A stretch of DNA of 64,000 nucleotides, from the IMG/VR virus record IMGVR_UViG_3300042731_004976, positions 64,001 to 128,000 of that record; one strand, 5' to 3'. A program made the translations under genes and the position numbers. The notes under the pieces were generated by a model. That model had not been told where the DNA came from. It was given only the letters and a program-made list of their open reading frames with translations, and made no database searches. Positions within the stretch are counted from its first letter, which is position 1. Each line of letters starts with the position of its first letter. This stretch comes from a virus. This document shows, piece by piece, positions 38,822 through 48,719 of the stretch.

Positions 38822-39379
38822 ATGTTCACGGACGAGGAACTGTTGGCAAAGGTTGCACCCATGGTGCTGGCTGGGTTGAAGGAGAAGGGGCACAAGGTCT
38901 CCTTTTTGGAACCAGCGAAGCAACATAGGACTTCTAGGATTGTCGTGGACGGCGTTCGTGTACCATTCGACGTACAGCGTCAGGCTGGTTCTTGGGGGCG
39001 TTTCACTGGAAAGAAGACTGTGCGCATCGATTGGCTCTGGATGAGCAACGACCACCTGAACGGGGCGGTGCAGATGAAGGCGCGGTCCTTTCAGCAGTCC
39101 AAGAACCGCCCGGACACTGAGGGCTTCGACATCCCAAAGATCGTCGAACACATCGAGAAGTGGGCGTCTGAGTGGACGCGCCTGAAGGAGATCTGCGATC
39201 AAAAGGAAGACCACCAAGAACAGTGGACCCGCGTCGTCAAGCTGTTGCGGCAGTCCTTTCCTGAGGCGAGCGATCGGCTCAAGTTGAAGGCGACCACCAA
39301 GGGCATCGAGGTACGAGGGCTCTTCGGACACAAGGACGTCGAGGCCATGCTCAAGGTGCTCGGGAAAGGTGCGCCGTGA
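38822..39379 (+). CDS. hypothetical protein, paralog of the downstream gene
   Basis: KARSF....TEGFDIPKIVEHIE..ASEW shared with 39376..40296. Confidence 0.7.
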   Translation: MFTDEELLAKVAPMVLAGLKEKGHKVSFLEPAKQHRTSRIVVDGVRVPFDVQRQAGSWGRFTGKKTVRIDWLWMSNDHLNGAVQMKARSFQQSKNRPDTEGFDIPKIVEHIEKWASEWTRLKEICDQKEDHQEQWTRVVKLLRQSFPEASDRLKLKATTKGIEVRGLFGHKDVEAMLKVLGKGAP

Positions 39380-40296
39380 ACGCTCCGCAGAAGATGGCGA
39401 AGCCCTGGCACGCTCGTGAGATGCTGATCGAGGTGTTGAAGGATCGTGGCCACGAGGCGGACGTCTACAGCTTCGATGCCCTCCTCTTCAACGGCATGAA
39501 GGTCCCCGTGCAGGCTGTCACTAGTCGCCTTGGGGTGAACATCAACGAGTTCGTAGCCTTCAATGTCGTCCGCTTGGAAAAGCGGTTCATCTCCTTCGCG
39601 TCGGATGCTGACATTGCGAAGGCTGCCGATCACGTGGAGCTGTGGGCCTCGATGCGCTTGGAGTACGAGACCCTGAGAGCGGGTGGCAAACACAAAGACT
39701 ACACGAGGGAAGAGCGCGCCGTTGTGGAGGCGGAGACGGAACTCATCTTCGAGCGGACGCTCAAGCGTCTTGTGGAGGCTTTGGCAGCCAAAGGGATCAA
39801 GGCGCAGGTGAAGGATTCGCGGCTCATTGTTCGTGGGGTCTACATCGACGTAGTCCTCAACGATCGCTACGTTCTAGGGATCTGGTCCCCGGCTCGTAGG
39901 GGTAAGCGTAACCTACACTTCAAGGCCGCGTCAGGTGTGAAGGCTCGTAACTTCTTCGAGGCGGCGTCTCGCAAGGAGACCGACGGTTTCGACATCGAGA
40001 AGATCGCTGAGTACGTGGACGCTCGTTCGAAGGAATGGATCAGGTTGTACGGTCCGGAGATGGTCAGGCGTCAGCGCCGGGCCAAGTGGGGCGTGGTTGC
40101 CAAGACGCTTCGGGAGAAGCACCCTGAGGCAGCGAAGCGCGCTACGACCTTCGAGGGATGCTCCAAGGGGATCCGTGCGCACTTCGTGCTCGACCGCAAG
40201 GAGGCCGATGCGGTGCTCGTCCTGTTGGAGACCTTCGCCAAACAGAAGGAGAAGGCGGCCAAGAAGGCGAAGCCCTCACCCGCTCCTGTAGCTTGA
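39376..40296 (+). CDS. hypothetical protein with duplicated domain
   Basis: DIAKAADHVELWAS and KARNFF...TDGFDIEKIAEYV..RSKEW. Confidence 0.7.
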   Translation: MNAPQKMAKPWHAREMLIEVLKDRGHEADVYSFDALLFNGMKVPVQAVTSRLGVNINEFVAFNVVRLEKRFISFASDADIAKAADHVELWASMRLEYETLRAGGKHKDYTREERAVVEAETELIFERTLKRLVEALAAKGIKAQVKDSRLIVRGVYIDVVLNDRYVLGIWSPARRGKRNLHFKAASGVKARNFFEAASRKETDGFDIEKIAEYVDARSKEWIRLYGPEMVRRQRRAKWGVVAKTLREKHPEAAKRATTFEGCSKGIRAHFVLDRKEADAVLVLLETFAKQKEKAAKKAKPSPAPVA

Positions 40297-40329
40297 CTAT
40301 CGCCCGGCTTACTGATAGGTAGCTCAGGC

Positions 40330-40860
40330 ATGAATGAACTACTAGAGAAAGCAAGAGCCTTCGCGGAGAAGGCGCATGGTGACCAGAAGTACGGTAAGCA
40401 GCCGTACATGGTTCACGTAGACGCGGTGGCAGGTGTTCTGCTTCAGCGTTTTCAGGGACCGGAGGCGGATAAGGAGGAGATCCAGGAACTGATCGCGGCT
40501 GCTTATCTGCACGACACCCTGGAGGACACGGACACCACGAGGGAAGACCTCGTGCGTGAGTTCGGCGACGCCGTCGCCATGCTCGTGGACGCTGTGACTG
40601 ATGGTAAGGGGAAGAATCGAAAGGAGCGCAAGCAGCGTCCCTACAAGTTGATCCCAATGGTCCGTTGGTCCCTCTTCCTCAAGCTGGCGGACCGCGTAGC
40701 GAATGTGGAGGCCGCGAAGGCCGAGGGTCGTGAAGACCTCGTGGCCATGTACCGCAAAGAGCAGCCGGAGTTCCAGTTTCGGCTGTTGGACTCAGCCAAT
40801 TCGATTGGAGAGCAGGCGCTGTTCAGTCGCTTGAATCGCCTTCTGGAGACGGAGGAGTGA
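40330..40860 (+). CDS. HD-domain small alarmone hydrolase (RelA/SpoT/Mesh1-like)
   Basis: FAEKAH.DQ....PY..H, AAYLHDTLEDT, FG..VA.LV..VT, LKLADR..N; own promoter TTGACT at 40293. Confidence 0.88.
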   Translation: MNELLEKARAFAEKAHGDQKYGKQPYMVHVDAVAGVLLQRFQGPEADKEEIQELIAAAYLHDTLEDTDTTREDLVREFGDAVAMLVDAVTDGKGKNRKERKQRPYKLIPMVRWSLFLKLADRVANVEAAKAEGREDLVAMYRKEQPEFQFRLLDSANSIGEQALFSRLNRLLETEE

Positions 40861-41624
40861 CGAACGCTGAGTTGGGCCTGGCACGTTGGTTCGCCGACAA
40901 GGTAGCAACCGAAGCGAGGCTGCCGAAGTACGTTCAGCGCGAGGTGCTTGGCATGGGCTTTGAGCCTGAGACCGGTGCCCTGCGCGTCAAGCTACGTCAG
41001 GTGTCGGAGGACGGAACCGAGAAGGAAACGTCCTTCCGTTTCGTCCCCGAGCTGGATTGGAGGAAAGGGTAGTGAACTTCGTGATCTTCGGTGTGCCGGT
41101 GCACTTCTGTCAGCAAGAGCTAGCAGCGATGATGGCCGCTCTTCCTTTTGCGGGTGTGATCGTGGCTCGGGTTCGTACGTGGTGGAGGAGTCGGTGGGAA
41201 CGAACCTGAACCTGTGCAAAGAATGGGGCGCGCCTGTGGAGGTGGAATGCCCTTCCTGCCATGCGCTGACGTACACCCCGTTCGAGGAGTACGATGTGGA
41301 GGTCGCGCGACAGGTAGGGGACAACTTGTACGAGCTACCCACGCTGTGCATGCACTGCGAGCACGAGTGGAACTTCGTATGGGCTCCCATCCAAAAAGAC
41401 TCTTTGATGATGGACGAGGACACCAAGCGTCGAGCGATTTACGGACTCGGTCTGCGTGCGATTCGGTACTACGTAGACACCGGGATCTGTGTGTTCTGTG
41501 AACCTGAGGGCGATACGCACGAAGAGCACTGCAATCTCGGTGAGCTGGTAGACGCTCTCCCGAGTGAGGAGCGCATTTGGGCGAAGGCGGAGCAGCACGC
41601 GAACGAGCGGTCGGAAGAGGACTG

Positions 41625-41903
41625 ATGCGTAACCCGTTCGAATTCAATCCGGTCCGGCTTCCTCCTGGAAGCCTGCGCCACGTCGGTTCCTACAAGGGGC
41701 GGGACGGCAAGGTGCTCAAGATCATGCGGTACCCGACCGCGTGGGATCCGAACGACGACGGTCCCGTGGGTTGGGAGCAAGACTGGAGCCCCCTCCCTAT
41801 GGGAGAGATCAAACGTGAGCCCATGAAGGTGCCGACCGGCGGCCTCTTCTACCTGGACTACAAGTACGAAAAGGACTCCCGTGGAAAAGCAGATACTGAA
41901 TAG
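41625..41903 (+). CDS. small protein carrying a gp23-type capsid motif
   Basis: EPMKVPTGGLFYLDYKY versus recalled T4 gp23 QPMNSPTGQVFALRAVY. Confidence 0.5.
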   Translation: MRNPFEFNPVRLPPGSLRHVGSYKGRDGKVLKIMRYPTAWDPNDDGPVGWEQDWSPLPMGEIKREPMKVPTGGLFYLDYKYEKDSRGKADTE

Positions 41904-42544
41904 AACCGAAACCCTGGCCCTCATGCGCGTTCTCCAAGTGGGGCTCGACACCCCGGGGGCTCCGCCTCTGTCGGATCACGAGCGTCGAACAGCAGAAGCG
42001 GCGGGCGGTAAGATCGCTCAGCTCTTCATGGTGGCGAACAGCGTGGAGATCTCCGAGGGCTTGTGATGGAGGACGGTCGGCACGACCCTCCTTCCGAACG
42101 GGAGCTGCGGGAGTGGGAGACGCTGCGTTCCTACAGCGATCCGGGTCCGGAGGTGGTTCGAAGGATCGTGCGTACTGCCTTCCCTGTTCTCTTGGACAAC
42201 CGCAACCGCTTGGCCGAAGAGGTCGAGCGCTTGAAGGAGACCTATGTTCCGCAGGACGTAGCGGCGGAGTGCATCGAGCGTTTGAAGAAAGCTCTAGACG
42301 GTCCTCCCGAGGAGCAAGCCAATACGCTCTGGGACATGGTACACGAGGTCTGCGAGCGCTACGAACGGATGTTCGGGTTTTTCGCTCATCAGTCTTTCGA
42401 TCTCGACGACGACCCGAACATCACTTGCGTGTTCTGCGGCAAGGAGGGTTGCGACGCTTCTTTCGTTACTCGGGCTGGAGGAGTGACCGCGGGCCACGGG
42501 CTTCACATCGACTGCCGCAAGGCTGCTAGGAAGCTGCTGAGGTT

Positions 42545-42823
42545 GTGGTGATAGGTCCCTGCGTAGGCTCTGGATACTGCTGCAAGAAGGCGCCCTGCGG
42601 ATACGGGGAGCCAGACGAGACGGGAGGCTGCCGGTTCCTCGTGGTGTGGGATCAAAACGAGACGAAGACAGAGCGCTATCGCTGTGGGAAGTACGAGGAG
42701 ATCCAAGATCTCCCCGGGGCTGACCTCATGCCTGCCTTTGGTGCGGGTTGTTGCTCCTCGTTTTTCAACGAGCGGCGAGATGCTGTTCTCATCGAGCTTC
42801 GAACACCGCGAAAGGTTGGCTGA
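42545..42823 (+). CDS. Cys-rich (YkgJ-like) metal-binding protein
   Basis: CVGSGYCC...PC...C.FL......YRC..Y...GCC. Confidence 0.55.
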   Translation: MVIGPCVGSGYCCKKAPCGYGEPDETGGCRFLVVWDQNETKTERYRCGKYEEIQDLPGADLMPAFGAGCCSSFFNERRDAVLIELRTPRKVG

Positions 42824-42985
42824 ATGGTTCGGGTTACTTGTGAACGTTGTGGGGTCCGTTGGGATGTGGACACGAGCCGCTTCGGCGCGGAACCTGTGGA
42901 ACACACTTGCCCTGCTTGTTCGAGAGCCCTCGACACGCTCCCTGTGTTCCTTTTCTACATCGTCCTCGGTATCGCGTTTTTCGCC

Positions 42986-43948
42986 CTATGCGCGGCTCTC
43001 TAGCAAGCTCTCCGGAGCTTCGACGTGTTGCAAAGTCCTAGCGTCGTCCTTGTTGATCAGGTCCGGACGCTTCTTCTCGTACATCGCTCGGAGTTGCGGG
43101 GGTAGCCACGTCATTGCCGTGAATCCTTGGGCGTCGAACCAGGGGAAGGGCTTCTTCGATTCACGGAGGCGATGCTCGATTCCTACCGGGAGTTTTCCGT
43201 TATCCCGCATGTTGAGCGGCTGTCCGCTCGCGACGATGAAGCCCCATGTACTCATGAAGCTGCTGATGCCGACTCGATACGGCATCGTGTGAGGGAACAC
43301 GCTGCGCACGGTTTCGTAGAGCGTGTGGAAATTGTCCCCTTCCTTGCCCATGAACTCGCCAGCCTGCATGGCGAAAACTCCCCCGTCTGCTAGGCGCCTT
43401 CGGACGAGCCAGAAGAACTCCTGCGTGTACCCTCGTTGCGACTCGGCGCATGAAGCAGGGTCTCCCAGGTCTAGGATGATCACGTCGAACTGATACTCGC
43501 CCTCGTAGTCCAAGGCCGTTCGAATGTCGTGGTGCAGTACCGTCACCCGTGGATCCTCGAAGGCGCCCTGATGCCACTCCGGAAGATGCTCCTTGCACGC
43601 AGCGACTACGCGCGCGTCTATGTCGATCATTGCTACGTGTCTGATGTCCGAATGCTTCAAGACCTCGCGCAGCGTAGCTCCTTCAGCGCCTCCGCCGATG
43701 AGCACTCGCTCGGGACGCATGTGTAGAAACATGCCAGGATGCACCAAGGCCGAATGATACAAGCCCTCGTCCACAGCTGCGCTGTTCAACACCTGGTCCA
43801 GGAAGAGTGCCTTGCCGAACGCTTTCGTCTCAACGATGAGCACATGCTGGTAGGGCGTCTGCTCTACGTGGCGAACGACGTCCCCTATTTCGATGATGGT
43901 CTCCACTCCCGTAAGGGCCCCCGTCGGGTCCGTCACATGCCTTGCCAT
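42986..43948 (-). CDS. speE: spermidine synthase / polyamine aminopropyltransferase
   Basis: TPYQ, GKALFLD, DE..YH..LVHP, LIGGGAEG..LRE, IDID, DVIILD..DP; start ATG 43948. Confidence 0.93.
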   Translation of the reverse strand: MARHVTDPTGALTGVETIIEIGDVVRHVEQTPYQHVLIVETKAFGKALFLDQVLNSAAVDEGLYHSALVHPGMFLHMRPERVLIGGGAEGATLREVLKHSDIRHVAMIDIDARVVAACKEHLPEWHQGAFEDPRVTVLHHDIRTALDYEGEYQFDVIILDLGDPASCAESQRGYTQEFFWLVRRRLADGGVFAMQAGEFMGKEGDNFHTLYETVRSVFPHTMPYRVGISSFMSTWGFIVASGQPLNMRDNGKLPVGIEHRLRESKKPFPWFDAQGFTAMTWLPPQLRAMYEKKRPDLINKDDARTLQHVEAPESLLESRA

Positions 43949-44016
43949 TCCCCTATGGTCTAGCCGTCCGCCGCAGGCGACAACCCCTTCTGTGCAATGT
44001 AGGTGAAGGTAGGGAA

Positions 44017-44068
44017 CGGATCTTTTTTCTCTCCTCTTCTTGACTATCCCTAATCTATGCGATAGGGT
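44017..44068 (+). promoter_or_regulatory. promoter subclass (inverted AAAAAGATCCG box plus CTATGCGATA)
   Basis: CGGATCTTTTT...TTGACT-17-TAGGGT-6nt-ATG (44075). Confidence 0.75.
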
Positions 44069-44074
44069 TAGAGC

Positions 44075-44443
44075 ATGAAGGAAGAGCAAGGCCCCAAGGC
44101 CACGAAGAAACAGGGACAATCCTCCAAGCACTCCGCTGCGAGCATTCGCGATCTTCTTCTGAAGAGCGACAAGGCCGTGGAGCGGGCGCTGGTGGCGATC
44201 TACGCTCGCCAGACTGCGGACGAGAAGCAATCGCACGTGACCAAGCACACGAACAACGTCGGCTTCAACAAGCCGGACTCGAACTACTGCACCTATCTCG
44301 CGAAGTGGTGCCTCAAGGGCAAGTCCCTCTCAGGCAAGCACCTTCAGCAGGGCCGTGCTCGGGTGCTCAAATACGCGGGGCAGCTCGCGGCCATCGCCAA
44401 CGCCAAGGAAGCGGCCAAGGTCGCTCAGAAGGTGGCTGCGTGA
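44075..44443 (+). CDS. conserved phage hypothetical protein
   Basis: AVERALVAIYARQTADEK...NNVGF..D...KY..QL; leaderless. Confidence 0.75.
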   Translation: MKEEQGPKATKKQGQSSKHSAASIRDLLLKSDKAVERALVAIYARQTADEKQSHVTKHTNNVGFNKPDSNYCTYLAKWCLKGKSLSGKHLQQGRARVLKYAGQLAAIANAKEAAKVAQKVAA

Positions 44444-44782
44444 GCTTCGATTCTGACCTCCCTCCGAACGTCGTTCTCGTGCGCATCATCTTCGAGGAAG
44501 AGTACTTCCTTGGCGGTGCCTACGAGGTGACCGAGGACGAGTGGTCCAAGCTGATTGTTTCGGCAGTCCAGCGCAAGGATGGTGCCTACGAGGGGCGGAC
44601 GGTGAACAGTCGATTGCTCGACATGATCACGGATCGCGAAGACGTTGGTCCCCTCTACACTTCAGGAGACGTGATCGCCATCGAGCGCTGCGTGTCCTTC
44701 ATCGACTTGAACAGAAACGTATACTGAAAACAATTCCCATACGTGCGGCAGAGCCGCTGACGTCGGAAAGGTTGAAAAGGAA

Positions 44783-45748
44783 ATGTGGGTATTCACTACG
44801 ATCGGGTTCTTTAGCATTGTCGCGGACCGCTACGACAAGGAAGGGCGTCGTCTCATGGTCCGAGCGCGCGCCAAGAAGGATTTGGAGCGACTCCAGAAGC
44901 AGTACCTACACGATCTCACCATCGTGGACAGTACGAGAGAGCAGTTCCAAGTCAAGGACGGCAAGGGAGGTCACTACTACCGAAGCTCGGACTATCCCTA
45001 CCGGGCGTTTGTCACTCGGCGTGCGTTGGCCAATGCGATGCGCCGCATGGTCATGGACCTGGTGTACACGAACTTCAAGAGCGAGGTGATGAAGATCGAC
45101 GGCTCCGTTCGTGAGGGCGTCTACATGGACGTGTGGAGCACGATGCGTGCGGCGGAGGACAAGGGGAAGCTCAACGGCACCTACAAGCCCCGTCCCTTCA
45201 AGAGTTACAGCGGCGGTAGGAGCAGCAGCCAGCTCTCCTTCGGCGACACGCGCTACGACCTTCCTCCGTCTCTCATGGATCACTTCATGGGCGGGGGCAA
45301 CGAGCCGGAGCTAGATCCCGAGGAGGAAGAAGCGTTCCTTGCCGAGCACCCGGAGATGGCTGACCCTTTCTTCTGGAGGGACGGCGAGGGGCACACAAGC
45401 GACGACGCCGATCCCGACGACGAAGACGAGGAACGAAGGGCCATCGAGGAGGAAGCGGCATCTGACGCTCCCATGGAGTTCGATTCGATCGAAGACGTGC
45501 TTGCTCACTTCCGCACCGAAGGTCTGGACGATGGAGAGTCCCTCTTGCCCTCCAAGGCGGCCGAGCTTCCCACGGACGGACGTTCGTCCTGGATCGATAC
45601 CACCGGAGGTTTGGTGCCCCTGGTGGACCTATCCGAACCCAAGGAGCCTGAAACATCGGAGCCTCCCCCGAGCCCCAAGAAGCCGAACCCCAAGAGCAAG
45701 AAGACGGGTAGGAAGGCGAAGAACAAGGGCAAGGGGAAGAAGAAGTAG
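44783..45748 (+). CDS. hypothetical protein with acidic/basic disordered tail
   Basis: MWVFTTIGFFSIV...VRAR...DYPYR...YTNFK conserved-looking N-terminal domain. Confidence 0.7.
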   Translation: MWVFTTIGFFSIVADRYDKEGRRLMVRARAKKDLERLQKQYLHDLTIVDSTREQFQVKDGKGGHYYRSSDYPYRAFVTRRALANAMRRMVMDLVYTNFKSEVMKIDGSVREGVYMDVWSTMRAAEDKGKLNGTYKPRPFKSYSGGRSSSQLSFGDTRYDLPPSLMDHFMGGGNEPELDPEEEEAFLAEHPEMADPFFWRDGEGHTSDDADPDDEDEERRAIEEEAASDAPMEFDSIEDVLAHFRTEGLDDGESLLPSKAAELPTDGRSSWIDTTGGLVPLVDLSEPKEPETSEPPPSPKKPNPKSKKTGRKAKNKGKGKKK

Positions 45749-45793
45749 CGCCGGTTTTTTGGCCATCCTCTTTCTGACTGGTAAGGTTGAAAC

Positions 45794-46450
45794 ATGCAGA
45801 CCTACGTGATTTATGCAAACCACGATGCTATGACCGAAGAGCAGCGCGCTCTTGCTTCCTCGGGGAGAACGTTCGTCGACCCAGATCTATACGACGTCGT
45901 CTTCTCCGAGGAGGACTCGGGAGGGCTCACCCCACCCTTCTACGGCGCTCAGGTGTTGGCCGCCTTCAATGTGCACGGTGGTATGCACGAGCGCTTGGGG
46001 CTTCGGAAGCTCGGCCCCGGAGACTGTGTGGGTGTGGGGGCTCATCTACTAGCTTGTGACGAGGACCTACTCTGGTTCCCAGTTCCCAACGGAGACACCC
46101 TGCTCCATCTGATCAAGAAGAAGTGCATTCGGGTGGTGCGTAAGGCCCCGGGAAAGGATCCGGAGGTCATCCATACGTTTCGAACGCTTGCGAACCTCCA
46201 AGCCCTGGTTGACGGTCCCATCGAGATGTATCGCTTTGGCGATCAGTACCGAGTCGTGGTGTCTGAAATGGGGAACGCGCTCCCTGCGAACTACTCCGAG
46301 AACATAGTGCTGTCCTCCGTGGCTCCTTATCCCCTTCGAGGTACGATCATCGTTGCCCGAGAAGGGGGTTGTGAGCTGGTCGACATGACCGAGGATGAAG
46401 CAGCACATGTCGTGGAGGTCCTCACTCGCTCAGGAAGGAAGGCATCATGA
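45794..46450 (+). CDS. YodL-like plus DUF3846-like fusion protein
   Basis: FN....RKLGPGDCV; TLANLQALVDGPIE...VSE.G...LRGTII...DMTED; promoter TTGGCC-17-TAAGGT-6-ATG. Confidence 0.55.
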   Translation: MQTYVIYANHDAMTEEQRALASSGRTFVDPDLYDVVFSEEDSGGLTPPFYGAQVLAAFNVHGGMHERLGLRKLGPGDCVGVGAHLLACDEDLLWFPVPNGDTLLHLIKKKCIRVVRKAPGKDPEVIHTFRTLANLQALVDGPIEMYRFGDQYRVVVSEMGNALPANYSENIVLSSVAPYPLRGTIIVAREGGCELVDMTEDEAAHVVEVLTRSGRKAS

Positions 46451-46619
46451 AAGATCGAACCTTGTTGGTTCTGGGGGTCCTTGCGGTTTGGGCTTTTCAC
46501 CAGACCGCGGAAGTACAGGCGGCCCCCAACCCGCCTCCGTCGAGTTTCGCTTCGCGGCAGACGAGGGCGTTGGAAGAGATCGCCACACAGCTCAAGAAGC
46601 TGAACACGGAGATGGGCAA

Positions 46620-47843
46620 ATGCAGACGCTGATCCTTTTGTTGGGGCTGCTGTTCCTCGGGGCTTGCGGAAGCGCCGACCAACCGAGCCCATTTTCTGAC
46701 CTCTCAGCTCCCGACAGTTCCTTTGGGGGCTCCCCGGGAGTCAGCGGTGGGGCTCAAGGAGAAAGTGGCTCTGGAGGCATCTCAGGGGCCGGAACAGGGG
46801 GTTCGGCCGGAGCCCTCGCGGAGCCCCTCGATGCAGGCGCTGATGCCCCGGTCTTTTGGGATGCTACGGTTGTGGATGGTTCCTCTTCGGATGGGGCTGT
46901 AGACGGCTCCCTAGGCGGCTTTGGAAGCTTCGGAGGCGGAGGGTCGTCTGGTTCCGCAGGAGCGCTCTCGGGCGGTTCTGGGGGCTCTGGAGGGGACTCT
47001 GGCGCGGGTGCTGGGGGTCTGGGAGGGTCTGCTGGTTCTGGAGGGCTTGGGGCTTCTGGGGCTTCTGGGGGTACCGGGGGTGTAGCCGGAACCGGAGGCG
47101 GCGGGTCCGGAGGTCTTGGGGGCTCCGGAGGTCAGGCACCGAACTGCGTCCAGGACCAGTTCAACAACCAGTGCCGGGATTCTGCGGAGAACGACGGTTG
47201 GCTCCAGACCGACAAGCTGGGCAAGTGCTTCCAAGATCGATGCTGTAGCGGCTGTACGGAGGGCGGGGTCGTGAACGGCACATCGTGCGAGCCAGGAACC
47301 TCGTTGCGAGCGTGCGGGTATGGGGGGCTTGCGTGCGAGGACTGCGAGGACTTCAACGAGTGCACCGACGATGCATGCGTTGGAGGAACCCTCTGCTCGA
47401 ACCAGGGCAAGATCGATGTGGCTTGCACGAGCATCAGTTCCACGGGCAAAGGCGTGTGCAAAGCGCAGATAGGAGGAAGTTACGGATGCATCCCATGCGG
47501 AGGCATCGCCGAGCTGTGCTGCGTCGGAGACACGTGTGACAGCGGCCTGAGTTGTGTCAACGATCGATGCAAGGCGCCTTGTGGCAACAGTGGTGAGGTG
47601 TGCTGCTCTGGCAGCTACTGCAACACGGGACTGTTCTGTCAGAGCGGGACGTGCGAGGCCCCGCCGTCGTGCGGGGGACTCAACGAAGCATGCTGCGCTA
47701 CGGGATCCCAGTGCAAGAGTTCGCTGAGCGCCTGTGTCAACGGCGTGTGTATCTCTTGCGGCAATCCCAATGGTCCCTGTTGTCCGGGCGCGGTCTGTAC
47801 TAGTGGGTACTTTTGCATCGGAGGCTCGTGCGGTACGAGGTGA
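46620..47843 (+). CDS. Cys-rich surface lipoprotein of myxobacterial type
   Basis: Lipobox LFLGA-C after a hydrophobic stretch; long Gly/Ser linker; repeated CG..G..CC....C..G..C....C modules. Confidence 0.8.
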   Translation: MQTLILLLGLLFLGACGSADQPSPFSDLSAPDSSFGGSPGVSGGAQGESGSGGISGAGTGGSAGALAEPLDAGADAPVFWDATVVDGSSSDGAVDGSLGGFGSFGGGGSSGSAGALSGGSGGSGGDSGAGAGGLGGSAGSGGLGASGASGGTGGVAGTGGGGSGGLGGSGGQAPNCVQDQFNNQCRDSAENDGWLQTDKLGKCFQDRCCSGCTEGGVVNGTSCEPGTSLRACGYGGLACEDCEDFNECTDDACVGGTLCSNQGKIDVACTSISSTGKGVCKAQIGGSYGCIPCGGIAELCCVGDTCDSGLSCVNDRCKAPCGNSGEVCCSGSYCNTGLFCQSGTCEAPPSCGGLNEACCATGSQCKSSLSACVNGVCISCGNPNGPCCPGAVCTSGYFCIGGSCGTR

Positions 47844-48083
47844 TGTCATGTCCCGCTGCCCCGTCTGTTTGAATCCCCAGGCATCATCCAAGAGCAAGTC
47901 CTCAGAGAGGGAACGCATGGAGCGCAACCTTGCTGCATTGAAACGCGAAGAGGAAGCGCTCCAGAAGAAGTTGCACGACAACTTGGTCAGGCAGCATCGG
48001 CTCGAAGCGGTGCTGAAGGACGCTTGACTATCCGTTCTCTTAGAGGTATAGCAACGACTTTATGAACGAGAAAAGGATTTCGA

Positions 48084-48716
48084 ATGTCGCAGCATCGACG
48101 AGTACGTGACTTTGGCACCGATCCCAAGGCAAACCTCTTCCAGGCGGCTATTCCCGGAGGCCGAGGCATCGAGGCATCAGAGGCGCGAGGTCAGGTCGAG
48201 TTGGTGAACAGCACCCAATTGCCTTTTCAAGGCAGCGATGACCCGGCTTTGGCGGCTGCTGGTGTGGTGGTCGGGGGAGAGACGAACGGGAATGACATGC
48301 GGAATGCGGGGAAGCCGCTCTTCATCGACGCAACGCTTCCCGCGGGTTGGAAGAAGGTCGGTACGGATCACGACATGTGGTCCAAGCTCGTAGACGAGAA
48401 GGGGCGTACTCGCGCCACAATGTTCTACAAGGCGGCGTTCTACGATCAGAGCGCGTTCATGGGTACGGTGGGCCGCTTCAACATTCAGCGGAAGTACATC
48501 GAGGGCAACGACAACACCTACGTGTTGGAGGTACGTGACTGCGAGGAGCCGATCTTCTCCGTCACCCGCGAGCTTCCAGGCAAGCAGAAGGAGCGCACTC
48601 GCGAGCAGTGGTCGGAGTGCGACGCGATCGAGAAGGAAGCGGCGGCTGTCTGTGAGAAGTGGCTCGTGGATCAGGGCTATCCCGAGTGGAAGGACCACTC
48701 GAAGTACTGGGACTGA
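48084..48716 (+). CDS. hypothetical protein
   Basis: LPAGWK..T.HDMWS.LVDEKGR.R..FYKAAFYD; upstream promoter TTGACT at 48024. Confidence 0.7.
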   Translation: MSQHRRVRDFGTDPKANLFQAAIPGGRGIEASEARGQVELVNSTQLPFQGSDDPALAAAGVVVGGETNGNDMRNAGKPLFIDATLPAGWKKVGTDHDMWSKLVDEKGRTRATMFYKAAFYDQSAFMGTVGRFNIQRKYIEGNDNTYVLEVRDCEEPIFSVTRELPGKQKERTREQWSECDAIEKEAAAVCEKWLVDQGYPEWKDHSKYWD

Positions 48717-48719
48717 GAC

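Noticed and set aside
46700-47135. GGN/TCT-rich tandem-like repeats
   Set aside because: Explained by the Gly/Ser linker of the lipoprotein; not a DNA repeat element.
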